Shown here: positions 10,676 to 20,735 of the stretch, in pieces
Numbering within the stretch: position 1 is the first letter of the stretch
How the letters are laid out: each line of letters begins with the position of its first letter
Assembly: GCA_016704325.1 (NCBI GenBank)
Contig: JADJAG010000012.1
Coordinates: 105,500-169,499 of the forward strand
DNA length: 64,000 nucleotides
From: Chitinophagaceae bacterium
GTDB taxonomy: Bacteria; Bacteroidota; Bacteroidia; Chitinophagales; UBA10324
Reading direction: 5' to 3'
The notes under the pieces: model-generated
What the model was told of the DNA's origin: nothing
Seen by the model: the letters and a program-made list of their open reading frames with translations, nothing else
The model's database searches: none
Position numbers and translations under genes: made by a program

Positions 10676-11536
10676 TTATTCCCTGGTGCGCTTCAATACA
10701 GCATTTCTTGCTTCCGAAGGATTCTGGCCTGCACAATTTTTATAGAACCTGCTGAAGTGTGCACTATCACTGAATCCCAGAGCATCAGCAATTTCTTTCA
10801 CAGGTTTATCTGTATAATATAGAAGTCGTTTCGCTTCACTTACAATTCTATCTTGTATGATTTGCTGTGGTGTCTTATTGTTGTACAACAAAAAGGTATT
10901 CGAAATGGTCTTTGGAGATTTGTGGAGCAGTCCAGCATAAAACTGAACCTGGTGCTCCTTTCGAAAATGCTGTTCCACCAGAAGGTTGTATTTCCTGACA
11001 AGTTTAAATTTGTCTTCGTCTACTTCAGCGACTGCCAGGTATTGCAGTTTGGCAAGGCGGGTTGTTTTGATGATGAGCCGCACCAGTAACATCCGCAACA
11101 TTTCGCCTTTGATGCCATCATCAGATTCAAACTCTTCTTCAAATACAACCAATAACCGTTCGAGCATCAATACATCTTCGGTATTAAGATTTACAAACAT
11201 GGTGGGCGAGGTGCCATAGAATACAAAACCTACACAACCCACTTCTACATCATGATCTACCACACAATAGAATTCTCTGTTAAACTGCCACGCAATCAAT
11301 ACGTCCGGTTTTTCGAAGCGAAATGACTGGCCCATCATAATCGGTAACAGGCATCCTTTTCCAAATGTGTAGTTTACTTCATCAATCACTACTGTTTGCT
11401 TATCACCCCTGTTCCAGACAATCGTATAAAATTTAGTGTCTTTCTTCTCCGGCAGGTAGCGCCGGTGAAAATCTGACTCGCCTTTTAATAAAAGAAATTT
11501 TCCTTCTCCGTCTTTATGGGAATACTGATATTTCAT
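10676..11536 (-). CDS. AraC family transcriptional regulator
   Basis: C-terminal double HTH (...YAGLLHKSPKTISNTF...IIQDRIVSEAKRLLYYTDKPVKEIADALGFSDSAHFSRFYK). The track start 11545 is TTG. The first ATG gives MKYQYSHK at 11536. Confidence 0.85.
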   Translation of the reverse strand: MKYQYSHKDGEGKFLLLKGESDFHRRYLPEKKDTKFYTIVWNRGDKQTVVIDEVNYTFGKGCLLPIMMGQSFRFEKPDVLIAWQFNREFYCVVDHDVEVGCVGFVFYGTSPTMFVNLNTEDVLMLERLLVVFEEEFESDDGIKGEMLRMLLVRLIIKTTRLAKLQYLAVAEVDEDKFKLVRKYNLLVEQHFRKEHQVQFYAGLLHKSPKTISNTFLLYNNKTPQQIIQDRIVSEAKRLLYYTDKPVKEIADALGFSDSAHFSRFYKNCAGQNPSEARNAVLKRTRE

Positions 11537-11559
11537 AGGGAACAAGATGGGTTAACAAA

Positions 11560-11680
11560 AACAAGATCAGCAGGACAGAAACCTTCATAAATGGGGGATT
11601 ACGCAAAGGAAGCTAACAGGTTGCACACTACAATACCAAAAAAGTACTGAATGGAGGAAAACTACTGTTAAATTGAAAAC
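11560..11680. repeat. Direct repeat copy 2, with an orphan signal-peptide stub
   Basis: Aligns to 9300-9420. The minus-strand ATG at 11588 encodes MKVSVLLILFLL... (compare MKISFLLVSFML) and then diverges into the AraC start region. Confidence 0.7.
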
Positions 11681-11752
11681 CCGCCATGGTTGATTATTTA
11701 CAAGTTGGATTGCATTAGTTCCTATAGCAGCAAAAGGGATCATGGCAGCAGG

Positions 11753-12136
11753 CTATTTTCGACCATCAAAGAAATCCTGTAAGCTTTCCAGAACAGGATT
11801 GGCAATGAAGGTGTTAAAAGCTTTATTGATCATCAATGTTCCATTTACAGGATTTATGATCGCATTTATCCTGGCTGTTAGTTTCTTATACTTCGCTAAA
11901 ACAAGGGTGAAGCCTTCATCCCTATGAATGAGAAAGTCAGGATTTTCAGTTAACAGATAGATGTTTTTCAAGACGGTTTTTTCACGATCATCTTTTTCAA
12001 CGCCGAGATTGAAAACAAATTCACTATAAGCATCAGCAGCAATATAAATGAATGCCATTCCTTCCATTGTGGGCACTTTTACCACAAAGAAAATTATGTA
12101 TTCACCCGGTCGTTTTGCAATTGGTAATTTGCTCAC
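11753..12136 (-). CDS. Hypothetical protein
   Basis: ORF only, with a GTG start in the track. No motif recognised. Confidence 0.3.
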   Translation of the reverse strand: MSKLPIAKRPGEYIIFFVVKVPTMEGMAFIYIAADAYSEFVFNLGVEKDDREKTVLKNIYLLTENPDFLIHRDEGFTLVLAKYKKLTARINAIINPVNGTLMINKAFNTFIANPVLESLQDFFDGRK

Positions 12137-12178
12137 CGCTTTAATTAGTTTAGTAAACTTACCGCAGGTAACTTCTTA

Positions 12179-14248
12179 TTACTCGACAATAGCTTTTTCG
12201 ACATATCGCTGATTTCCGTTTATTACTTCCACCAGATACAAGCCATGTGGCCAATCTTTCACATTTACTTCAGCACTACCTGAACCGGCCAGCCCTGTTT
12301 TGGATTCATAAACCACTCTTCCTAAAGTATTTGAAATCCTGATCAGTGACTCGCCTGATGTAGGAATAGTTATCGTGATAACGGTTGAAGCCGGCACCGG
12401 ATAGATTGAGATGGCCTGCAATTCCGCATTCATATTTTCCGAATCCTTTTGCGGTTTGGTCTTAAATGTTTTGGTTTCTGAAAAAGCGGATGCGATTGCA
12501 CCATCGTTGGTACACAGCGTTTTAACACGCCATTCATATTTTGTAGAAGCTGCTAAACCGGTAAGCTTTAAAATCGTGCGTCCTGTGGTCTTCACCGTCC
12601 AGTCTTGTGAGCCGGCAATCCGGTAGTGTATTTCATACTTTTTGGCACCATTGGCCGCTTGCCATTTCAATGAAACGAGTGTAGGTTTTATTGTAGCGTT
12701 CATTGTATAGCCGGTTATCCTGCTACATGGATTCCATTCATACTTATGAATGCGGTAACTCTTATATCCAATAGAGTCAAAGGTCATTTCCCAGACAATA
12801 TTTTTATCCGGATCTACTTCAGTGAAATTTGGCAATCCCTTGCTGGAAGTAGCCAGTCCCCAGTCAATGAGGGTGTTTCCATTAGGTAGCCGCTGCGCAT
12901 TGCCGGTAGCACCGGAAAATACTTTGTTGCCGTTTACATCAGGATGCTCATAGTACCAGGCCAATGTGGCGATTTTATTTACTTCATCTAAAGCATACTC
13001 CTTGGCACTGGATATTTGTACCGGAAGCTGATTGCCATTATTGTAAATCAGGATATTCCCGTTTGCTAACCGTCTTAAATCATGTTGTGATTGAAAATGC
13101 TGCGGAATATTGTCATTCACAAAAGTAAACTGGTTGTTATCACCACCCATGCGCCATATAATATCACCGGTTTCATGATTGATCTTGGTAAGCTCATTCA
13201 TATTTCTGCAGGAAATCATCAGGTGATTATCAAAATCTTTTTCTATAGAGTTACCATGGCAGTAGTTTACGATTGCATTGGTAAGCGGAGTGTATGCATT
13301 GGCATCTGTTACCAGGAAGTGGTCCCAACTTCTCCATTCAAACACCAGGTTTTTACTGGCGTCGAGTTCCTGGATAACCAAACCATACACAGAAGCATTT
13401 TGTATGCCTCCATAAGGTGTCATGTCCATAATCTGCAGGTTCTTTGCTAATAAGAACACATGGCCATCCGGATACATCATAAAATCATGACTGTCTGTTT
13501 CAATAGCATACCCATTGACGCATTGGAAAGAATCGAGTTTGTTAAAATTGGAATCCATTACTACCCACCAACCGGCAAAATAGTACGTCAGGTAACCGCT
13601 TTCATTGATCTTAAAATCCACCCCGCCATTAGCCTGGTCGCGTGCCCAGACTATGGAACCATCGTTGTTGATGATCGTGGAGAACCAGTTGGAAGTTGAA
13701 TTTTCCTTGTGGCTGGTAAAAAAATGTTGTCCGGGTGCCGGGTTATTATTCACATTAATTGTATAGGAAGGCATGGAGTCGAGCGGGTAGGGATCCTCTT
13801 CTTTAAACACCGGTAATTGAGCATGTTCCGTTTCCATCTTTTGCAGTCCAAGCCTGGCCTGTTCCCTTTGTTCAGCGGAAATTTCATTCATAATACTAAA
13901 TGTGAAACTGGTTCCTTCTACTACTGCTCCGGCTTTCGTACGCAGCCTGGATTGCACCGTCACAAAAACTTTTTCGCCATATGCAAAAGCAGGAAATGGT
14001 TTGATTACAACGGTTCTGTTGTCATCTGATAGTCGCGAAGTCCAGCTATGGGCACCACTCAAAGAGCCATGAATTTCAACGAGGTTTTTATCCAGTACAG
14101 ATATGTTGTCGATAAGCGTACCATGCTTAAGAATGATGGTAGCTTCCGGATGATGCATTGCTGATCCGGGAAGCGGATGAATATAGTTGAGCTGTGCGAA
14201 ACAATAATGGAAGAGCACACTAAGAACTGAAGTAAAAAGTAGTTTCAT
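12179..14248 (-). CDS. Arylsulfotransferase (ASST)-family beta-propeller protein with FN3 domain and T9SS CTD
   Basis: Signal peptide present. ASST-like blocks DSHDFMMYPDGHVFLL...VFEWRSWDHF...YCHGNSIE...LMISCRNMNELTKINHETGDIIWRMGG...QHDLRRLANGNILIYNNG. FN3 region (LKWQAANGAKKYEIHYR). CTD is IYPVPASTVITI...GLYLVEV. Confidence 0.8.
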   Translation of the reverse strand: MKLLFTSVLSVLFHYCFAQLNYIHPLPGSAMHHPEATIILKHGTLIDNISVLDKNLVEIHGSLSGAHSWTSRLSDDNRTVVIKPFPAFAYGEKVFVTVQSRLRTKAGAVVEGTSFTFSIMNEISAEQREQARLGLQKMETEHAQLPVFKEEDPYPLDSMPSYTINVNNNPAPGQHFFTSHKENSTSNWFSTIINNDGSIVWARDQANGGVDFKINESGYLTYYFAGWWVVMDSNFNKLDSFQCVNGYAIETDSHDFMMYPDGHVFLLAKNLQIMDMTPYGGIQNASVYGLVIQELDASKNLVFEWRSWDHFLVTDANAYTPLTNAIVNYCHGNSIEKDFDNHLMISCRNMNELTKINHETGDIIWRMGGDNNQFTFVNDNIPQHFQSQHDLRRLANGNILIYNNGNQLPVQISSAKEYALDEVNKIATLAWYYEHPDVNGNKVFSGATGNAQRLPNGNTLIDWGLATSSKGLPNFTEVDPDKNIVWEMTFDSIGYKSYRIHKYEWNPCSRITGYTMNATIKPTLVSLKWQAANGAKKYEIHYRIAGSQDWTVKTTGRTILKLTGLAASTKYEWRVKTLCTNDGAIASAFSETKTFKTKPQKDSENMNAELQAISIYPVPASTVITITIPTSGESLIRISNTLGRVVYESKTGLAGSGSAEVNVKDWPHGLYLVEVINGNQRYVEKAIVE

Positions 14249-14358
14249 GGGATGGTTGCTATGTTTAGTTTAATGTTGTTAAATCCATATCAACAGGTTC
14301 TATTCACAAAAATAAAAGAATCGGACACTTCCAATGTACCATTCAATAGTTCAAAGAT

Positions 14359-16257
14359 TCATTCCTGCTTTATGAATGTCACATTCGCAGGTACTCCCGA
14401 AGCACTTATTGCATGTATCAGGTACAACCCATCGGGAAGGTGGCTGCAATCAAACGACTCTTTTAAATACTCAATATGACTGCCTATGACAGATCTTAAC
14501 TCAACCTGTAAGAAATTTTCAAATCCTTCCACAGTGATCCTTCCATTTCCGGGATTTGGGTAAATACTTAAAGCATCGTGTTGATTTAATGCTTGTCCAT
14601 TGCGATTGTTATCTACGAGATGGCAATTGAGCAAAGTTCCGGGCAGCGTATCTCCATAATGAGCGGCAAGATCGTTTAGTGATTCACGGTATTCCTGAAT
14701 AACAGATTGCAATGAAGGTTTATTAATGAGGTTTACCAATTCTTGGGGATCATTCTGAAGATTAAAAAAGGCTTCCGTCACCTGCGAGCAGCCGTACTGA
14801 ATAAGTTTGTAGTCTGCATCCCAACCGGTTCTGGAAGATGCCATGTCCTGGAAATTATCCTCTGTAGTATATCCCGTACTACTGTATGCCATGGTGCGTA
14901 GTACGTTTCCATCATACAGGTCTTTGATCGAAATGCCGTCTGAATTTGAATCCGTTATTCCCGCAGCACGAAGGATGGTGGTATACAAATCTATGCTGCT
15001 GGTGAGCAGTTCACTTGTGCCGGAAGGAAACCATTCATTATACCAAATATGAAGCGGTGCAATTACGGACTCATGGTACGGGTGCCGTTTTCCATAAAGC
15101 CCATGCTCATCATTCATGAACCCGTTATCGCTGGTAAATAATAGCAGGGTATGTTCCAGTTTACCGGTTGTACTGAGGGCGTTCAGTAAATCTCCAATCC
15201 GTGAGTCCAGGTAGGCCATGGCCCGATATTGGTTTTTAAGGATTTCTGTCATTTGTGTAGCATCCTTATAGTTTTTGTTCGGTAATTCATAGAGGAAGGA
15301 AGGATAAAGGTTTGAATAGGGTAATGTATTTACTCCGAATGAGATGGTTTCATTATCGTAATAATGATCGAAAGGTACCGGTACTTTGGTGGGAGTATGT
15401 GGATCGCGGAGGGAGAGTAGCAGAAAGAGTGGTTGCGATGTTTGATGAACCAATGCAATAGCGGTATCTATCAGCACTTTTGTAATCACAGAATCATTGC
15501 CGGCTTTTTTTGCCGGGCCTCCATTTCTTGAAAACTTAATAGTGGCAGAACCTTGTGTAGTAACACTTTCATATCGGTAATTCCAGTCAGTTCCGTTGTG
15601 TGCATCAAATACATCATGAAACTTTCCCAATACTGCTGTATAAATACCTGCCTGCTGCAATTGCTCACTGAGGGTTGGTAAAGAAAGGTTGAAATTTTGT
15701 TGTGTGCTATTGTCCTTTACGCCTGTTCTTGCGGGAGCGCGTCCGGTAATCATTACAGCCCGGCTTGGGGCACATAATGAAATGAGGCAGGAATTATTTG
15801 TGAAATTCATTCCGTTCTTGGCTATAAGATCAATATTGGGAGTCTCCACAAAATCAGGCGCACCCGTTGCACCGGTCAGTCCGTTTGGAGCATCGTCAAG
15901 ATAAAGGATGATAATGTTTGGCATTATAGTCGTATCCAGTTTGAAGGTATATGCACCTTGTTGACCGTTACTGCAATAGGGCACTACCCTCAAGTCATAC
16001 GAGGTACCGGGCTGAAGATCTGAAATGGTATAATTGGAAACATTTAGTTGTGGAGATGAAATCCAGATTGCATCTCCTGTCTTCCTGTAACGGACTTTAT
16101 AATAAGCTACAGACTGGCTTAACTTCCATTTAAGAAGTGCACTTTCAGCAGTCATTGTTGATTGAAGGTTTGTAGGAGCCGGTAGGCTGCATTGAGAATA
16201 GACAGGTTGTATGGACATGAGCAGCATCACAAGAGTAGGTAAGGCAAGAAATTTCAT
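14359..16257 (-). CDS. Sulfatase with N-terminal FN3 domain and T9SS CTD
   Basis: Signal peptide present. FN3 region (LLKWKLSQSVAYYKVRYR). PNIIILYLDD, CxPxR motif CAPSRAVMITG, FTSDNG. CTD is IYPNPGNGRITV...GLYLIHA. Confidence 0.9.
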   Translation of the reverse strand: MKFLALPTLVMLLMSIQPVYSQCSLPAPTNLQSTMTAESALLKWKLSQSVAYYKVRYRKTGDAIWISSPQLNVSNYTISDLQPGTSYDLRVVPYCSNGQQGAYTFKLDTTIMPNIIILYLDDAPNGLTGATGAPDFVETPNIDLIAKNGMNFTNNSCLISLCAPSRAVMITGRAPARTGVKDNSTQQNFNLSLPTLSEQLQQAGIYTAVLGKFHDVFDAHNGTDWNYRYESVTTQGSATIKFSRNGGPAKKAGNDSVITKVLIDTAIALVHQTSQPLFLLLSLRDPHTPTKVPVPFDHYYDNETISFGVNTLPYSNLYPSFLYELPNKNYKDATQMTEILKNQYRAMAYLDSRIGDLLNALSTTGKLEHTLLLFTSDNGFMNDEHGLYGKRHPYHESVIAPLHIWYNEWFPSGTSELLTSSIDLYTTILRAAGITDSNSDGISIKDLYDGNVLRTMAYSSTGYTTEDNFQDMASSRTGWDADYKLIQYGCSQVTEAFFNLQNDPQELVNLINKPSLQSVIQEYRESLNDLAAHYGDTLPGTLLNCHLVDNNRNGQALNQHDALSIYPNPGNGRITVEGFENFLQVELRSVIGSHIEYLKESFDCSHLPDGLYLIHAISASGVPANVTFIKQE

Positions 16258-16405
16258 ATTATTATTTTTATGAGAATAGTCTACGGTGATTATTGACTAA
16301 AGTTCACAACGGCCAAGGTATTGTATGCATTTGAGCGCATGATAGCTACCTATAAACTTATAGCTTATTTTTACAAAGCATAGTTGATCACCAAAATCTG
16401 AAAAT

Positions 16406-17404
16406 ATGGCGCATCGGGTTGTCTTTTTCCTTTCACTGCTTTTACATATGCATGTTTCCGATGCACAGATTGTAACTGAAGAAGTTGATTTTGATTATTA
16501 CCTCGACACGGACAACAACGATTTCACCAATCATTTCGATGGCGGCTTTGGCATGTCACAGATTGAAACGGGTGGTATCACGGGTGGTTGCCTGGAGTTA
16601 CCTGATTCTTCATCCTGGGGTAATGACAATGCCATTTATTGCAGTAAGTATAAACCGGTTACCGACGATACTGTATTCACCTCCATTTGTTTTAAGTATG
16701 ATTCGGCATTAGTGCATCCCAACAGTTTTCAAAGGGCGCTATCCATCTTCCTACGTCCACAGGCCGACTTCAATCATTATATCATTGCATCTGTTTCCGG
16801 AAATAAGAAAATTGAACTGTTAACTTATTCATGGAATAACAATCCATATCCACCGCTCATATTGCATACCAATCACTGGTACCGCTATGAGCTGATGGTG
16901 ATATTCTCCACTATTCAGCAACTCAAAGTTATTGCTACTGTTTTTGACCTTGGAACTACAGGAACCTCCACACCCATCCAGGTCAATTCAAGCAGCGGAA
17001 CATTTACTGACGAAGTATTGGCTATGGATACTTCCATACAGGTATCAGTCACTGCTGCCCGTTATGGTGGCGCCACAAACCTCGATAATTTTCATTTTGA
17101 AGGAAGACCCGGTCTTACGGATTGTGTAAATATTGCAACGGGAATTATGCAGGAAATGAATGATCCGGCCATTTCAGTTTACCCGATACCTGCAACTGAC
17201 CAACTGACTATAGCGTGCAAGGAATTTCATACTGAAACCATTCATGCAACTATATACACCCTACAGGGAAGAATCGTTAAACAGTTTGGCATATGGTCTC
17301 CGGAAACTATCGTAGATATTCAGAAACTAAGTGCCGGTTTATATTACCTGAAATTGCAATCAGAAAAATATGCTGAAACGATTTCATTCGCGATTCATAA
17401 ATAA
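16406..17404 (+). CDS. Hypothetical secreted protein with T9SS CTD
   Basis: Signal peptide present. C-terminus is VYPIPATDQLTI...GLYYLKL. N-domain not recognised. Confidence 0.6.
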   Translation: MAHRVVFFLSLLLHMHVSDAQIVTEEVDFDYYLDTDNNDFTNHFDGGFGMSQIETGGITGGCLELPDSSSWGNDNAIYCSKYKPVTDDTVFTSICFKYDSALVHPNSFQRALSIFLRPQADFNHYIIASVSGNKKIELLTYSWNNNPYPPLILHTNHWYRYELMVIFSTIQQLKVIATVFDLGTTGTSTPIQVNSSSGTFTDEVLAMDTSIQVSVTAARYGGATNLDNFHFEGRPGLTDCVNIATGIMQEMNDPAISVYPIPATDQLTIACKEFHTETIHATIYTLQGRIVKQFGIWSPETIVDIQKLSAGLYYLKLQSEKYAETISFAIHK

Positions 17405-17606
17405 TACATATGAATTGACAGCAAGAATAGGTGCCGTAAGTTCTGTTTCCTGAAATAAAATGGGTTCATATTGCCCTTTATGTTATATTTAATCAATATT
17501 TCCCGCCCATGAATATGTTTGGTGAAGAAAAATAAGCAAGCTGAAAGATGAAATTGCGAAGGCACGTTCGTCTAAGCATAAGTGCAGTCTGCTTATTGAT
17601 CTGGCG

Positions 17607-19301
17607 ATGGAACTTCGCAATACTGATCCGGGCAGTTCGCTTATTGAAGCACAGAAGGCACTCGATTTTGCAGAGGAGCTTAACTTTCCATTAGGCAAGG
17701 CCCGTAGTCGGTTTTGTATGGGACTTGCCTGTTTCAATCTTACAGATTACGAGAGTGCATTTATTCATCTTGACCAATCATGGCAGCTATTCAAGGATGC
17801 CGGAGATCTATGGGGAGTAAGCAATGCAATCAATAACATAGGAATCATCTATCTGCGATTGGGCGAATATGCCAAAGCGCTCGAGCACTTCTCTTCTTCT
17901 CTTGAAATAAAAAAAGAGTCGAACGACCTGTTCGGCACTGCCAACGTGATAATTAGCATGGCTGTCATTCATCGTGAAACCGGAAACCTCGAAGAATCTC
18001 AATCCTTATTGGCAGAGAGTTTGAAAATATCCGGAGAACAGGGCTTTCATGCCCTTACCGGAAAAGCAATGACAGAACTTGGCATTACCCTTTTTAAAGC
18101 GGGTAAACTTGCAGAGGCATCGGAAAAATTTTCAACAGCCTTAGCCTTGTTTGAAAAGCAAAAGCACATTACGGGAGTTACGCAGTGCTATCTGCAGCTT
18201 GGTAAAATAGAAGCGGCAACAGGAAATACGCATGCCGCTATTGCCTTATTCCTGCAGGGTCAGGAGATGGCTTCGATGGCAGGTGATAAAAATCATTTCA
18301 CTGTTTTTCTTTTGGAAATTGCCGGAGAAAAGCTGAAAGCCGGTATAATGGAAGAAGCCGTTTTTTTGCTATTGGATGCGAAGAAGATTGCTCAGAAAAC
18401 ACAGGAAAAGCCATTGTTAACTTTAATCAGTCAGCACTTGAGTACCGCATATGAAGCGATGGGTAATCTGAAGGATGCTTTGCTGGAATACAGAAGTTTC
18501 ATCGCACTTAAGGATGAAATTAATTTTGTGGAGACTTCCACCCTTTTAAGAAATCAGCAGATCAGTAACAGGGTTGCAGTGCTGGAAAGAGAGAACCGTT
18601 TGCTGGAAGCGGAACGCATGGCTGCTGTGCACGAACTTAGTGCACAAGCCAGTTTGCAGGAAATAAGAACGTTGAATGCCATGATGGAAGGGCAGGAAAA
18701 GGAAAGGAAACGTATTGCCGCAGATCTTCATGATCGTATTGGAAGTGCGCTATCAGCCATCAAACTTCATCTCAATAGTTTTGCTATTACATTCGATAAT
18801 ACGGAACAAAAGCAAACTGCGTTTGAAAAGGTAGTCGCTATGTTTGACGATACTGTAAAGGAGGTGAGGCAGGTTTCGCATAATTTGGCTTCGGGCGTAT
18901 TGGTGAAGTTCGGATTGGTGCCGGCATTGAAGGATTTGTGTGAGAGCATCGACAGTTCCGGCACCATAAAAGTTACATTGTATACTACCGGATTAACAGC
19001 ACGGTTGGATCAGGCTATGGAAGCATCTGTTTATTCCATCGTACAGGAATTGATCAGCAATATTCTCCGGCATGCACATGCTAATGAAATCAATGTGTAT
19101 CTTAACCAGCAGGCTGAGCAGCTTACGCTGATGGTAGAAGATGACGGTATTGGTTTCGATTCATCTGGTACAAGCGATGGCATTGGCCTGCAGAACATCA
19201 GGTGGCGGACGGCTCAGCTTAGGGGAAAAGCTTTTTTCGATTCACTACCGGGCAAAGGTTGCACGGTTACTATTGAGATTCCAAAAACACCTATTTTATG
19301 A
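17607..19301 (+). CDS. TPR-repeat histidine kinase (HisKA_3/NarX-DegS type), apparently soluble
   Basis: N-terminal TPR-like repeats (..NNIGIIYLRLGEYAKALEHF..). Coiled coil. H-box RKRIAADLHDRIGSAL. HATPase N/G boxes (ELISNILRHA, DDGIGF, GIGLQN). I see no hydrophobic TM segment. The frame is closed upstream by TGA at 17523. Confidence 0.85.
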   Translation: MELRNTDPGSSLIEAQKALDFAEELNFPLGKARSRFCMGLACFNLTDYESAFIHLDQSWQLFKDAGDLWGVSNAINNIGIIYLRLGEYAKALEHFSSSLEIKKESNDLFGTANVIISMAVIHRETGNLEESQSLLAESLKISGEQGFHALTGKAMTELGITLFKAGKLAEASEKFSTALALFEKQKHITGVTQCYLQLGKIEAATGNTHAAIALFLQGQEMASMAGDKNHFTVFLLEIAGEKLKAGIMEEAVFLLLDAKKIAQKTQEKPLLTLISQHLSTAYEAMGNLKDALLEYRSFIALKDEINFVETSTLLRNQQISNRVAVLERENRLLEAERMAAVHELSAQASLQEIRTLNAMMEGQEKERKRIAADLHDRIGSALSAIKLHLNSFAITFDNTEQKQTAFEKVVAMFDDTVKEVRQVSHNLASGVLVKFGLVPALKDLCESIDSSGTIKVTLYTTGLTARLDQAMEASVYSIVQELISNILRHAHANEINVYLNQQAEQLTLMVEDDGIGFDSSGTSDGIGLQNIRWRTAQLRGKAFFDSLPGKGCTVTIEIPKTPIL

Positions 19302-19936
19302 TACGCATCATCATTGCCGACGACCACCAAATGTTTATTGATGGACTGAAACTCATCATCAGTAGTTTTGACAATGTTCAAGTAGCTGGTGAAGCTCAAA
19401 ATGGAGAGGCTGTGCTCGAATTATTGGAGCATACCCGGGCTGACCTGGTAATACTCGACATTAATATGCCGGGTAAAGACGGCATTGAAACCTCCAAAGA
19501 GATCCGGAAGAAATATCCGGATGTCAAAATTCTCATTGTTTCCATGCATAAGCAGAAGGAATTCATAACACGGTTGGTAGCGGCCGGTGTTTCAGGATAC
19601 ATCCTGAAAAATACCGGTGCCGGCGAATTGCATGATGCAATCAGGGTGATTCATGAAGGTGGTGAATTTTTTGGTGAAGAGATCACCAAGGAAATTTTGC
19701 ACAGCATGCGGAACCGTGAAAGCATTCCGGAAGCACCGCCCTTCAGCAAACGAGAGGTGGAAGTATTGCGGCTACTGAATGAAGAACTTACCACGCAGGA
19801 AATTGCCGATAGACTTTTTATCAGTTTTCATACTGTAGAATCGCATCGAAAGAATATGTTGATGAAAGCAGGTGTAAAAAATACAGCGGGGTTGATCAGG
19901 TATGGCATAAATACGGGGTTGATTGGAATGGGTTGA
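19298..19936 (+). CDS. NarL/FixJ-type response regulator (REC plus GerE/LuxR HTH)
   Basis: IIIADDH...LDINMPGKDG receiver domain. C-terminal FSKREVEVLRLL.EELTTQEIADRLFIS.HTVESHRKN. Overlaps the kinase stop by 4 nt (ATGA). Confidence 0.9.
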   Translation: MIRIIIADDHQMFIDGLKLIISSFDNVQVAGEAQNGEAVLELLEHTRADLVILDINMPGKDGIETSKEIRKKYPDVKILIVSMHKQKEFITRLVAAGVSGYILKNTGAGELHDAIRVIHEGGEFFGEEITKEILHSMRNRESIPEAPPFSKREVEVLRLLNEELTTQEIADRLFISFHTVESHRKNMLMKAGVKNTAGLIRYGINTGLIGMG

Positions 19937-19947
19937 TAGGTTGAATG

Positions 19948-20022
19948 GTTAAATTGTTAAATTGTTAAATTGTTAAATTGTTAAATTGTTAAATTGTTAA
20001 ATTGTTAAATTGTTAAATTGTT
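19948..20022. repeat. 8-bp tandem repeat (GTTAAATT) x9 plus a partial unit
   Basis: Nine perfect units at 19948-20019. Degenerate units (ggttgata, ggttgaat) begin at the response-regulator stop codon. Confidence 0.95.
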
Positions 20023-20099
20023 GTACTCGAGTGGGAGTTAAATTTATAAAACTGCTTTATTATTTCAACCACTGTATATATTTTTTAACATTCTTGTTT

Positions 20100-20228
20100 C
20101 ACTAAAGTATTGGGGTTTAAGCTGAAACCCAATACTAGCATGCATCCTATAACCCCACGCTTCAGCGTGGGGTTATAGGATGAAACCCGCACCTGGCGGG
20201 CTTTAGCCCACATTAGTCGGACAATAGT
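20100..20228. repeat. REP-like multi-hairpin element, copy 2 (full length)
   Basis: Three hairpins: agtattggggttt...aaacccaatact (20106-20136), an 18-bp perfect stem catcctataaccccacgc-ttca-gcgtggggttataggatg (20143-20182), and cccgc-acctg-gcggg (20186-20200). Confidence 0.75.
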
Positions 20229-20354
20229 GATTTTTTAAGTTAGCCTGCGTCTTGCGGGGTTTATCTTTTGTAGTCTTTGCAAATTTCAAATTTTTTCCAC
20301 GAAGGTCCTTTGCAGAAACTTCAAACTTCAAACTTAAATCTAAAAGTTGGACCA

Positions 20355-20428
20355 TCCCCGCTTTCAGGGATGTCCATTTTGCCCGAATTCTGTGATGTAC
20401 TTGGCCTCCATACAGTGGCATCTTTGTA
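20355..20428 (+). promoter_or_regulatory. Promoter cassette copy A (degenerate left half-site)
   Basis: tccccgctttcaggga, then 48 nt (..cattttgcccgaattctgtgatg..), then catctttgta at 20419. Confidence 0.6.
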
Positions 20429-20466
20429 TTGTCCTTTAGCAATTATAGGATTTAAAAACAAACACC

Positions 20467-20583
20467 ATGAAAGACAATCACTTCAAACAAATTATTCAGA
20501 ATGCAGTTGTTGAATTAGGTGCATGGGCAATTTCAGGCGCTTTCTTACTGGCTATTATTTGGTTGAAAACCATGTTATTCTAA
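20467..20583 (+). CDS. Small hydrophobic peptide P1 (38 aa), GAW-peptide family
   Basis: MKDNHFKQIIQNAVVELGAWAISGAFLLAIIWLKTMLF. Below the ORF-track size cutoff. Sits 38 nt after the cassette box. Its core is shared with four other copies. Confidence 0.65.
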   Translation: MKDNHFKQIIQNAVVELGAWAISGAFLLAIIWLKTMLF

Positions 20584-20735
20584 GCTCAATAGCGTGTGGA
20601 GGAGCTGCATCCACTGGCGCTCGCAATTAGAAGTGCATATCGCATTTTTCTCTTTCTCCAAAGTGGCGCTGCATTAATAATCAACTATCACTGCCAGATT
20701 CTCTCAAGAAGAATGGTCACTAAAATTTTTGTACA

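Noticed and set aside
19948-20022. Possible CRISPR array
   Set aside because: The units are 8 bp and contiguous with no spacers, so this is a microsatellite. No cas genes are in the window.
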